A stretch of 64,000 bases of DNA from contig CM075984.1 in the NCBI GenBank assembly GCA_038087875.1, forward strand, positions 44,888,001-44,952,000. The letters are read 5' to 3'. Made by a program: the position numbers and the translations under genes. Below are positions 1 to 12,000 of this stretch, piece after piece (the first letter of the stretch is position 1; every line of letters starts with the position of its first letter). The notes under the pieces were generated by a model. It did not search any database, was not told the origin of the DNA, and saw only the letters and a list, made by a program, of their open reading frames with translations. This DNA comes from Malacoraja senta. Taxonomy: Eukaryota.

Positions 1-2323
1 GGAGGAATCTGGCATGTTGTATGTTAGATATTATTCAGTGAATACGACAATGCGAGGACAAAAGTGAGGTCTGAAGAAGGGTCTCGACCCCAAACGCCAC
101 CTATCGTTATCCTCCAGAGATGTTGACTGACCTGTTCCAGCACTTTGTGTTCTCCGCACGATTCCAGCTGGAATCTTGAGTGGAACACTATGTGCTGGAG
201 TAGTTCAGCAGGTCAGTCAGTATCCTGGAGGACATCGATTCCTTGTGTTCCTTGTGTCTACAGTGTGAGATTATTGCACAGCTACACTATGGAACATCTT
301 GTCCAAGTTAGATACCCTCTTCATGAGGAAGACTTAGTCATAAAGACTGCCAGGTCTGATGATGATCAATCCATTTGGTTTCATTCATACTTTCTCTCCA
401 TATTTAGAGTTTTGATGCAACTGAATGACTTGTTTGGCTATTTCAGAGGACAGTGAAAAGTCCATCACATTGTTGTGTATCTGACCAGATATGGGGGCAT
501 ATTTGAAGGAAATGTATTACACTCTGATATATTTGTAGTTAATGGTCCACATTATGTAATTCATTTAATTTTAAATTTCATGTTTGCAGTGGTGGGATTT
601 GAATGTTTATCTCTGAATTATTAGTTCAGGTCCCTGGATTGCTCGTCATGTCATTAAACCACTGCAGCGCCATTCTCTTAATGCTGATGTGCTCTTATGT
701 TCTCATCTCTGATACACCTAAAGCTATGAAGAGATTCACATCTCACTGAGGTGTGAGTGGGGGAGCAACTTGGGACCAGTGATTATAATTCAATTAGTTT
801 TAAAGTAGTTACAGAGGACGCCCACAGGTTAAGGTCTTAAATTGGGAGAAAGCCAATTTTGAAGGCATTAGGCAGGAACTTGCAGAGGTCAATTGGAGAG
901 TCTGTTTTAAGGTAATGGATGGCTGGTAAATGCAGGATTTCAAAAGTGATATAGCAGGAGTATGAGGGCAGCATGTTACTGTCAGGGGGAAGGGCAAGGG
1001 CTGGCAAGTTTAGGGAACCTTGTTTAGTTTAGAGATACAGTGTGGAAACAGGCCTTCGGCCCATCGAGTCCGCACCGACCAACAATCACCCATACACTAT
1101 TCTATCCTACACACTAAGAACAATTTGCAGAAACCAATTAACCTACCATTATGACTTTTATAGGCATTTGGACAGACATATAGTTAGGAGCGGTTGAACT
1201 GGCTATGGACCAAATGCAAGCAGATGGGACTAGCCCAATATGGCAACTTGGTCAGCATGGGCAAGGTGGGCTGAAGGATCTATTTCTATACTGTTTAGCT
1301 CTATGACTCTATGACTAGTTGCAGAACAAGATGTTACAAAACATGGAACAACTGAAGAAAATCCTGCTCTTCTTGCTCTAAAATCCCATCATCTTCCTCA
1401 CCAACCCACCTTATCTGTTCTCAGCCGAGTGCCTCATCTACAGTTAAGCATCTTGGCTGCGGCCATGTCTTCCTGCTGGCTTGTCTGACTCTGTGGAGTG
1501 ATATCAATGCAGGTTGACTGGGCGAGCAATCTGAAGTCTAAAGTGAGATTTAAATCTTCCAATATGCTTGGAAGAATTCCTCTGTTACTATGGTGACCAA
1601 ATGGGGTCAAAAGTTTCAAATCTTTTTCAAGTTTGGAAGACCACCAAATCTGTTTTGTATTGCGATATAGAATATTCTATTAGAAATAAAAGAACACCAT
1701 AGAGTTCTGACTCTCATTAGTAACAAAGATCCAACTCAGCTCTCCAGATAAATAGTCTTTTATAACTTCAAATTGACAATAAAATACGTTGGTTGATGAC
1801 TTGTGTGATATGACGCCAGTTCTCTTTCAATGTTAAATTATGAAACTCACTTAATGAATATATTATTGAAATATTTCTCAGTGGATGCGAGATTATAGGA
1901 ATTTAGTTTGTCTTTTAAAGTTTTAATGCAAAAGATCTGAGTTATTCCCAAAGGAAGGGAACATACTGGAGTATTGGCAGGACTAAGATGAACTCAGGAC
2001 AGTTCTAGTTGTACTGCCAAATGGAAAGGATGCAAGATATAATTTATTCAAAAAACAAAAAAAAGTGTGATCTGAGCACAACTGCAAAGTATTTATAAAA
2101 CGAAAAACAAAATACACGACCTTAATTCTTCTAGGTTGAGCTTATGGTCCGATTCTTGCAATGTGAATTGAATACATTTTCCTTTTCATAAGTTCAAAAA
2201 TTCTAGGAGCAGAATTATGCCATTCAGCCCATCAAGTCTACTCTGCTATTCAATCATGGCTGATGTATCTTTCCCTCTCAACCCTATTCTCCTGCCTTCG
2301 CCTCATAACCGCTGACACCCTTA

Positions 2324-2774
2324 AGGCTCTGTCCCACGGGTTTGCAGTCGTTGGCGGTGAAGCGCGGCGTCGCCAGAAGAGGGGACCGCACGGCCAAGTA
2401 CGGCCGGTTCAACGAGCTTGCGGTTTTGGCTGATGACGTCTTTCGGATCGCGGCGCTGTGGCGGCGGCCGTGCCGCACACGTGCCTCACTGGCGGAGGCT
2501 GTGGCGGTGCAGGTTCGATTCACGGCGCTCGTGCCTCACTGGCGGCGGCTGTGGCGGCGGCCGTGCCGCACTCGTGCCTCACTGGCAGCGGCTGTGCGGT
2601 AGGAACATATTTTTGGACAGTGTTGGTTTTTATTTAGCACCGTGCGGTGTTGGGAACAACGCCGCACGGCCCCGGAATTGTGCGTTTGACCGAGCCCGCG
2701 GTCTCTGGCGGCCCAGGAGCGGTAGATAGTTCCTGTTTCGCCACCAATGACCGCAGACTCGTGAGACAGGCCTT
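2324..2774. mobile_element. PIF/Harbinger-type non-autonomous DNA transposon, GC/CpG-rich
   Basis: Imperfect TIRs aggctctgtcccacg / cgtgagacaggcctt with TTA duplicated (2321-2323, 2775-2777). Splits a CR1 tail whose uninterrupted version is near 60455. Confidence 0.8.
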
Positions 2775-4234
2775 TTACTAATCAAAAATCTGTCAATCTC
2801 CGCCTTAAAAATATCCATTGGTCTTCACAACCTTCGGTGGCAATGAATTCCACAGATTTTCCGTGATCTCACTGCCTTCAATAATTCTACAAGATCATCC
2901 ACTTCCTTTTAAGGTTGAAGGGCCCATGTTGTTTTCATTTTTCCTCATGTCATACAACACAGAAACAGCCTCTTCAGCCCAACTGGTCCATGCCCGCCAA
3001 GACACCCCATCTATGATAGTCCCATTTTTCCGCAGATCACTTACACAGTTAGTTATGCGGCTTTCCACAGCACTGTCTTTAATTCAGGAGTGCCTTCTTT
3101 GTTTTTCAGTGACCAGAGCTCAACACAATGCAAAAACTTCCTGTCATTGGCCTCCTCCATGGCCAAAGTGATTGTATGGGTGTCGGGGGTTATGGAGAGA
3201 ACGGCAGGTGAATGGAGTTGAGAGGGCCAGATAGATAGATAGATTAGAAACCATGATTGAATGGCGGAGTAGACTTGATGGGCCAAATAGCCTAATTCTG
3301 CTCCTGTAACTTATGAAATGTAGTGAGGCTGCACATTCTCTGCTTTGGTAGCTTATACTCCTACGATATGAACATTGAATTCTCCTATTTTAAGTAATAA
3401 CCTGCACTCACCTCTCCCTCGCTCTTTCCTGTGAACCTCCACACCCTCGTGCACATGCATTTCTCTCACTATCCTGCCCAGGCACACTGCTCCTTTCTCC
3501 ACTCATAGCCCATCCCTGAGTCCCTTATCTCCCCTGTCTGCTTCCACCTGCATCCCTCCCACTGGCTGTACATTTCACTCCTCCTCTTCTCTCCTTTTCT
3601 GACACCCTTTTGTCTCCTTTGCACCTCTAACCTTTGCCACTTACTCCTCCCATCTGCCAACCAAACCTCCCTTGCCTGTATCCACCTATCACTTGCCATG
3701 CTTTTTTCTACCCGCATCTCCCTTCACCAGCTTTCCCTTCCCGACAGTGCTGTGTATTTTGCACAATACAAAAGATGTTACATGATCAGAGCTCCGTTTG
3801 TTTGGAAATTCATTAATTCCTCAAGCTTTTAGGTTTTGCCTTTAGCTCAAATTACTTTATTAATTGGTTCTCTATATTAATTTCAAATTGAGCAATAAGA
3901 GTAATTAAATTCCTAAGTCAAATTCATTTGAAGCCATTTAAGCACCATATATGGACTATACAACTCATCTATTTTCTAGGCGCTCCTTGTATTAACATTT
4001 TTTTTGCAACTTTTCCTGCTAGGCACGAATTTAGTTCAATTTGTTTTATAGTTTTCTCAGCTATACTGATCTTCCTGTGAAGTGCAGCATCACCATTAAG
4101 TTCGGCTACATACTTTGAGTGTATAAGGAAGGGGATATTGAGTTCTGCAGCACTTACACCTAGCCCTCATTTTCAGCAGTCTCCTTGTGTCCATTTTGCA
4201 CTTCAACTTTCATCCAATTTATTAACCATCCTCA

Positions 4235-4535
4235 GTGGCACAGTGGTAAAGTGGCTGCCTCACAGCACCAGAGACCAGGTTCGATCTTGACCTCGGGTGT
4301 TCTCAGTGTGGAGTTTGCACGTGCTCCCTGTGGTTTCCATGGGTTTCCACCTAGGTGCTCCGGTTTCCTCACACATCCCAAAGATGTCCGGTTTGTTGGT
4401 TAATTGGCATCAGTAAATTCCCCCCATTGTGTAGGATATGAAAGTGGGATGACATAGAACTAGTGTGAATGGGTGATCAATGTTCGGCGTGAACACGGTG
4501 GGCTGATGGCCTGTTTCCATGCTGTATCTCTAAAA
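4235..4535 (+). mobile_element. HE1/V-SINE
   Basis: tRNA-like A/B boxes, V-domain (gagtttgcacgt...ctccggtttcctc) and CR1-like tail. Confidence 0.85.
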
Positions 4536-4827
4536 CACGAAATGTTGAATTTAATTCAACTTTAATTTTGAGTTTAATCAATTGGAAATATAGAGAAATG
4601 AAAGCGTTGGATTTTCTATGCCACCTGAGTTGTCATGTCTTCACATATCAAAAAGATTGCCCACACAAGATCATTCCCCTCTGATCCTCACGAGTGATGC
4701 TCACCAGCCTATTGTGTAGACACTCCCCAAAATCTACAGCTGAGAATCAGTTCAAATACTTCCTGTGCAATTGAAGAAAGACTTACAGGGTTGTAGTTGT
4801 TTTTCTTGATTTGTCATTCCTGTTTAA

Positions 4828-5230
4828 TGGGCGGGATGGTGGCGCAGCGGTAGAGTTGCTGCCTTACAGCGTCAGAGACACAGGTTCGATCCTGACTATG
4901 GGTGCTGTCTGTACAGAGTTTGTACATTCTCCCCATGACCCTGAAGAAGGGCCTCGACCCAAAGCTTCACCCATTCCTTTTCTCCAGAGATGCTGCCTGT
5001 CCCGCTGAGTTACTCCAGCATTTTGTGTCTACATCCCCATGACCCTTGTGGAGTTTCTCCGGGATCTCCGGTTTCCTCTCACACTCCAAAGACGTACAGG
5101 TTTGTAGGTTAATTGGCTTGGTATAATTGTAAATTGTCCCTAACTAGTTCGGGATAGTGTTAGTGTGTGGAGATCACTAAACCTCAGTGGGCCAAATTAC
5201 CTGATTTTGTTCTGTATCTCTAAACTAAAC
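4828..5230 (+). mobile_element. HE1/V-SINE with nested Penelope-derived element (~4941-5033)
   Basis: SINE V-domain interrupted; TCCCCATGACCCT duplicated at 4930-4942 and 5034-5046. Confidence 0.85.
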
Positions 5231-5769
5231 CAAAGATAGACACAAAAAGCTGGAGTAACTGAGCGGGACAAGCAGCATCTCTGGAGAAAATGAAAGGGTA
5301 ACGTTTTGGGTCGAGACCCTTCTTCCGACTGGTTAGGAATAAGGGAAACGAGAGATATAAAGTAAACCAAAGTTGAATATCAAGACCACATGAACCTGTT
5401 TCCAATTTAACACATCCCAGTGGTCAATGACTCGCTCAAACCCGTTGTTAATGTTCGTGCTTCATCTTCTTCAATATTGGGATAAAAACATCTGCCTCAG
5501 TAAATTTGTTTCTAGCCTTATCAGCCTGCCTAAAGCATGGATGTAATTTATATCAAGGTTATTAACTTTGTTCTTTATATTATTTGTTAAGAAGGGTGAG
5601 TTATTTCGATTTTTTTTCCCTAGCGGTCATCTGAAGGAAGTAAATATTTTGCGTATTTCCTGGACAATAAATTGTAACCTGTTTGTATGACATTGTGTGA
5701 TATACCCATGTTACCCTTTTGCATTTCCCTTCAGGTTGAGAGCCATTTTAGAGAGTTATGGAGAGACAC

Positions 5770-6080
5770 ACAGCACTGAAACAGGCCCTTTGGCCCATCA
5801 AGTTTATGCCAACCATCAACCATTCACACTAATCATGAATCAATCCCTTTGTTTTATTCTCACCACATTCTCATGAGCATTCTACCACTCACCTACATAT
5901 TGGAGACAATTTACAATGGCCCATTAACCTACCAACCCACAGGTCTTTGGGATGTGCAAGGAAACCGGAGGACACAGAGGAAATCCATGCAATCACAGGG
6001 AACACACGCAAACTATATTCGGTAGAATCTAGATCTCTGGCGCTCTGAGCCAATGGCTCTATTAGCTGTGCCACTGTGCT
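5770..6080 (-). mobile_element. HE1/V-SINE (diverged)
   Basis: Reverse complement of the SINE consensus. Confidence 0.75.
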
Positions 6081-7507
6081 ATACTGACACACCTCTCTTA
6101 AAATAGGCCTTGTGCATTTGCTCCATGTTTGCCTTCATTGGTCAGGGAATTGAGTCATTTTGCAGCTATATAAAACTGTGGTTAGACCACATTTGGAGTA
6201 TTGTGTGCAGTTCTGGGTACCATTCTGTACAAAGTATGTGGAGGCTTTAGAGAGGGTGCAGAAGAGGTTCACTGCAATGTTGTCTGCAATGGAATGCATT
6301 AGAGACAAGGAAAAGATGGATAAACTTAGATAGTTTTTATTTTTGGTAATACGTTTTTTCAAGTATTTTTACAAATGGCTATGAATGTTTTAATGTATCT
6401 GTAATATTGAGAATGCTGTTTAAAGTTTTAATAGTTTGACAGTTGCATGGTCTGTGATCTATGATCTAGGTCACCCGCCCATAAGGTGGTTGGCTATCAT
6501 TGTGCTAATGTGCCATCTGCAAAAATTAAGAACTCTGAGATTGTCCATTCTCCTTCCTCTTCTCCAGCTTACAGGATTCAAGTTTACCTTAAAAAACACC
6601 AACAATGGACACTAACCAGGATAGATTTAGAAGGGTATGTGCCCAATACAGGCAGGTGAGACTAGTGTAGATGGAACATGTTGATCGGCATTGGCAGGCA
6701 GGGCCAAAAGGCCTGTTTCCACGCTGTATTACTCTATGACTCTATGGTGCAATCCTGGCCCTGTTCCAAGCTTGCAGTTGCAATTCCAACAGAGATCCAA
6801 TCTTAGTGAAGATTGTCACAAAATGCTGGAGTAACTCAGCAGGTCAGGCAGCATCGCTGGAGAACATGGATCGGTGATGTTTCAGGAAGGGTCCAAAAAT
6901 GAAATGTCCCTAACCTTGTTCTCCAGAGATGCTGCCAGACCCGCTGAGATACTCCAGCATTTTGTGGGGGGTTTCAGTATTAACCAGCATTTGGTGTTCC
7001 TCATTTCTACATTTCCAAATAGGTATTGGACATTGAACACCAGATGTTTCCACAGTTTTGAAATGGATCTCCATCATTGCAGACATTTTATGTTACTTAA
7101 ATGTGAGCTTATATTAATTCTGGTAAATATCATTCATATATAATTCATATAAAATACAATTCTATTACAATTGTTAGTATGAATTGTATAATGGTAATAT
7201 TTGGGCGCACACTTGACTATATTTAACAAGGCAGTATGAGTGATACAAATCAGTTAGTGTCAATAATTGATGCCGCTTGTGGCTAGGAGCTACATTTTGG
7301 CCATGTTATTGAATTTAATTGCCATATTCAATTACTTAGAAGAATTAGTAATTAACATTACCAGCCACTACATTAGTGAAGATCGTGTCGTGGAAGTGTA
7401 GCCATTTCATACACAGTTGCTTTCTGAGGTTCAGGTAGGCAAGTTGATAATTGTCCACCATATGTGATAAATGGGACTCGTATTCAAATGATTGATTTCC
7501 TTAGCTG

Positions 7508-7520
7508 TTTATTTTTTATT
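7508..7520 (-). terminator. Candidate distal poly(A) signal (AATAAAAAATAAA)
   Basis: Two AATAAA hexamers on the minus strand, at 7515-7520 and 7508-7513. Confidence 0.6.
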
Positions 7521-8195
7521 ATAAATAGTAAATATTCACTGTGTTTGTACAGGAAAGAGAATCTTTACATCAAGGCTGTATTTTGCAGTCAAATGACAAA
7601 CAGAAGGATGGATGGCAGACACTACAAACCATTCAGTTCCATTCAGCTTCAGCGCCCTTTAAAACCAGAATGTGACAGAAGAGGTCACATCATCTAATCA
7701 TCGTACATAATGGCAGTAATTATCTAATTTGTTTCTACATTCTAAGCAAAAATGTACACATCATGAGATACATGCTAATTTCTAAAATAGTTGAATATAT
7801 AGGAATAAATAATAACCTCTCTAGAAAAGTCTATGTTGCAATGCAGCAACGTAACAGGACGATATCATGATCATAATTAAGTTCATGGACAAAGTCATGG
7901 GGAGATGTTTCCACAAACGCCTACACGTATATAAACATCCAGCTATCAAACTTAATGTGTGACTGTGAAACCTGTGAACGTTTAACAATATCCAAAATGC
8001 CACTAAGTTTGAGACATTTAGCAGGGTAGCAGTAATAGTGTGTTTATACACGACTTCTGAAATTCCTGCTACCTTTACATACCTTACCTCTAGTCTTACT
8101 AAAATAAGATATGGTTTTTCAGTCTGTGATATAAACGTACACACTTGTTTCTACGCATCAGATTTTTATGTGGAGAATTTTATGTACAATATCGA

Positions 8196-8203
8196 TGGAA
8201 TGT
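8196..8203 (-). promoter_or_regulatory. miR-1/miR-206 8mer target site ACATTCCA
   Basis: Plus strand TGGAATGTA (8196-8204) equals the first 9 nt of miR-1/206. PAX3 is an established miR-1/206 target in amniotes. Confidence 0.7.
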
Positions 8204-8407
8204 ATATTGTTTCGATCTTGAATATTGTTAACAATGACCAAAACACCTTTCAGCAAACATCTTATATAACCAACCAATTAAATTACAAGAATATCAAGAA
8301 AATATAGAATACAGTACATTACTTTCAAGAAATACTGTGGCCGATATAGAAGTACATAATATTGCACATTGCAGTTTCATCACTAAAGCTGGAGTTAGTT
8401 TGTTGCT

Positions 8408-8417
8408 TTTATTTATT
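8408..8417 (-). terminator. Candidate proximal poly(A) signal (overlapping AATAAATAAA)
   Basis: Two overlapping AATAAA hexamers on the minus strand. Confidence 0.45.
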
Positions 8418-9402
8418 TTTTGCATTGAATGCACGTTAGATATTGTAGCTAATTGTAGAACTTTAAACAGCTCCATTTGTTTCTGAATAAGAGACATCCT
8501 TCTCCCCTCTCACTTGGTCCTTTGCTTGAGTCATTTTAATGCATCCATTATCGGAATAGAAACAGGTGTTTCTCATGATCAGCATTTACATTTTAAAGAT
8601 TGAGAATGTAGTTTAAATCATTGATATCTCCTTCAAGTACCACAGCTGTAGTTCTTAAGTCTCTTGACATGCGGAAAAAAAACCTTTGGTGATCATTGAA
8701 GCCTCTCCTCAATGTTCATTTTGGGCACACGACACACAGGATGTCAAAATTTAATAGGAATCATTGATTCAATGGTGACTAAATGGATATCATTTGATGC
8801 TTTGGTAACTTGTAAATAGGGAGCAATGCAACAAATAGCTGTCACACAGGGCTGTGATACCATTAGCTGAGATCTGAAAGCCCGGTAAAGTACTATAAAA
8901 CACTCACAACATACTCTGTCTGTAAGACATGTTTTAATGGATAGGACATTTTAAAGTGTAATTGTTTCCGTTTGTTAGATCAGACCATTTGAAGACTTAC
9001 TTAAATTGTCAGTAATAGGAAGCCTTCTGTATCAGTTTTTTTCACTGTACTCCTTATCAAGTTATATGTAGGTAATTAATGCCTGAGGAATATCATAGTT
9101 TGTGGCATTTACTGAATGCTAGCTGTATTTCTTAAATTACGGGTGAATATTGGGGTGGAATAGGAATTTTCTCGATCGTCATCTTTAAACAGGGGAGCCG
9201 AATCTCAGGAAACAGAAGTACTATTTAAACCGAAATTCAGAACACGGGGCTCATCCTATGATCACAAATGAAAACCATTATCGGAGAAAGACAAGAGTTG
9301 GTTTGTTTCTGGGGAACAGATTCAACTGTTGTGGGTACCATGGTCCCATTATGTTTGTGGATCCAGAACAAGGGTTGTTTCAACTTTTACGGACTTTTCC
9401 CC

Positions 9403-9437
9403 TCATGCTATATCTGGCTTCAGATAATGAAAGGCAC
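9403..9437 (-). CDS. PAX3: PAX3 exon 9 equivalent, terminal coding part (PAX3d-type C-terminus)
   Basis: cttttacttccattacag|GT GCC TTT CAT TAT CTG AAG CCA GAT ATA GCA TGA. Joined to the last A of exon 8 it gives SAFHYLKPDIA*, the PAX3d C-terminus. Confidence 0.95.
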
Positions 9438-11256
9438 CTGTAATGGAAGTAAAAGAAACTTAGGAATGCTTCTTGTGACAACATCGTTGTGAGGGGCCAC
9501 GTCAAAGGCAGGTACACTGTTGTCGGGGCTAATCATGACCTGCCAAAACTACGAGGGTTACTTTGTTTATATTAGGACAAGTTTGACAGCACCACACGGA
9601 TCCAGGAATATTGTCCAAGATGATGCCTGATTTGGCCTTCCTCAGAACATGTGTTTTTAATAGTGACATTCCAGTGGTCGCATTATTTCTTGACAGACCT
9701 TGGCCTTAGGTTCTACATAAATGGCAAGCATATATTAGGTCCTGGCAATTAATCACATCAAGATGCTGCTGACAGCACTGAAGATAATTACATAGAGTGC
9801 CTTAACTCAGCCCTTCAACAAAATCATTTTGTTAGGAATAGGCTGAAGTTTTTAAGTGCGTTGCAATGTTTTTTTCGGGATATTTTGTACCCATTATCTG
9901 AGTGATCTAACTCAATTTCCAGTGATCTCTTTTGACAAAAGCTCATCTTGCCAAAATTAAGTTTCATTCCATTTGTCCTATCTCTCTGTTTTTATTAACA
10001 AGTAACACTGATTGCAACCACAGATTTGTTTAGCTTAATATTTGTGGAGGAAGGCGACCATAAGAGGAAAGATTTACTAATTAACATTAATATTTCAATT
10101 GCAGCATCATTAAGCCTTCAGAAGTACAAAAATAATACAGTGTGCAATAAGAAAGTTTGACATTCCACTGTATACATAGAATAATATGCTCATGTCAAAT
10201 TCTTCATGCATTCTTTTTTGTTGGGTTTGTCTATTTAAATTCATTTAACAACTGTTCATATATCATACACAGAATATCACTGAATGCTACTGACCAGTGT
10301 GTTAAAACGTGTAGGAGGTGGGGAAAGATTTCAATTCCTATAATAACGTTGAATAAAACTGGTGTTTCTGAAGTAAATTATGATGCAATTCTAAAAACTT
10401 CAATGTGGCGAAAATTCACATTTTAAAAGTAACGGATTGAACTTTTGTATTGCATGCCAACTAAAGACAGATACTGTCACATAAAAGATTATAAGGGAGA
10501 TTTTGCCAAAGCTTTAGTTAGTATAGCTCCATGCAAATATTTGTTTAAAAGAAATCTGTAATAAAACTATAATAGGGCAGCCTATCGATAACTAAACAGT
10601 CAGTTTTCTTTATTAATTAATTACATCTACTGCCCAGCTAATATAAGAAATAAAGTATTATCTGGCTACTTGCTTTAAAGACAGATGATTACAGCCATGA
10701 GATTAAATATTTTCATGGTAACAGATTTTTGGCAGTCTAATTGAACTTGAAGGGAAAAAAGTTGCCGATTGTAGCCTCGCCAGACTGTAGTGACATCCAA
10801 TGTGTAGACTGCTATCCAAATACAGGGCAAGACATTGCATTTTCAGATCCCAGAACTGCACAGTATAAAACATGTCACTCCTTCTTTTGTTCCTCAAATG
10901 AAATATAACATTAATCCTGCAAAGTCTTTAAGTTAATGAAAGACCCTTCTCCTCTGAGTCAAATGGTTCCTCTGAGTCAAATAAATGTTGACCAAATGTA
11001 CATTTATCTTTTTATTACGTTTTCAATGCTCTGCCTGTATATTTGGCTGGGATGTCGCACTAAGTGCCAAACCAAACTAGAGGAGCAATATCTGTTGTCA
11101 TTATTTATTTTACACAAGACTAATAAAGTCGTATTGAATTCATTCATAATCAAAGTTTGTACACTGAGTCACACATCTTGATACAGATCGATGAAGGGTG
11201 GGGCGGGTATGTATTTTTATAGCTGAATGTATTGCTTAGATTTACATGGCACTTAC

Positions 11257-11503
11257 TTTGCCCATATTGTCCATACTGGTATCCTGCTACTGGATCCATG
11301 CTATAACCTGAGGAGCTGTAGGTTGATGGGCAATAGGACTGGGTGGTGGGCAAGCTGTCCAGAGGTTTCATTGGGTCTAGCCTCTGACTACAGCTGGCAG
11401 AAACAGAAGTCGATGGCTCCAAGCCTCCCGTTAGTGGTGACAGGGCATAGTCACTTTGTGGTTGATGTGGAACACCGCCAGGGTTAGCCAAGAGTCCCAT
11501 AAC
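11257..11503 (-). CDS. PAX3: PAX3 exon 8 equivalent
   Basis: [30 protein letters not shown]...[16 protein letters not shown], within ORF 11150..11536. Acceptor tcgcag, donor gtaagt, 247 nt, phase 0 to 1. Confidence 0.97.
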
Positions 11504-11701
11504 CTGCGAAGAGATGCAAAATGAAACCATTACCAATATATCAAGACTGATTTTTATTTATGTGCATTTTGTTAAAATATAGCTCTAATGGTATTTTCAG
11601 TGCACTTTGTACTGATCACGATTCAGCGAATTGTGATCCCAAATATGGAATGGTGCAACCTCATTGGGCATTCTTTGTGAATTGATCAATGGAGTACATC
11701 A

Positions 11702-12000
11702 GGGGGCATGGTGGTGCAGCGATCGAGTTGCTGCCTTACAGCGCCAGAGACCCAGGTTCGATCCTGACTATGGGTGCTGTCTGTACGGAGTTTGTACGTT
11801 CGCCCGGTGACCTGGATGGGTTTTCTCCCAGATTTACGGTTTCCTTCCACACTCCAAACACACACAGGTTTGTAGGTTAATTGGCTTGGTATAAATGTAA
11901 ATTGTCCCCAGGATTTGGAAGATAGTGTTAACGTGTGGGGATCGCTGATCGTTGCGGACTTGGTGGGTCAAAGGACCTCTTTCCGCGCTGTATCTCTAAA
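11702..12000 (+). mobile_element. HE1/V-SINE
   Basis: A box tggtgcagcg, B box ggttcgatcc, V-domain, tail ctgtatctctaaa. Confidence 0.88.

Larger units (their letters stand above)
7490..9402 (-). other. PAX3: Putative PAX3 3'UTR
   Basis: AT-rich stretch without recognisable repeats after the stop codon, ending near a tandem AATAAA. The distal end is inferred. Confidence 0.65.

Noticed and set aside
2284-2818. Overlapping Arg-rich ORFs or a CpG-island promoter
   Set aside because: They lie within a TIR/TSD-bounded transposon; the ORFs are a by-product of high GC.
7962-7969. ACTGTGAA miR-27 site (Pax3 is a known miR-27 target in mouse)
   Set aside because: Wrong strand; I found no 7-8mer miR-27 site in the mRNA sense of this UTR.
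9666-10167. Two ACATTCCA (miR-1/206) motifs in intron 8
   Set aside because: They are on the plus strand, antisense to the PAX3 transcript.
11689-11880. Recurrent short ORFs such as GAAVELLPYSARDPGSIL and KKGLDPKRHPF
   Set aside because: Translations of SINE and PLE-terminus consensus, not a gene family.
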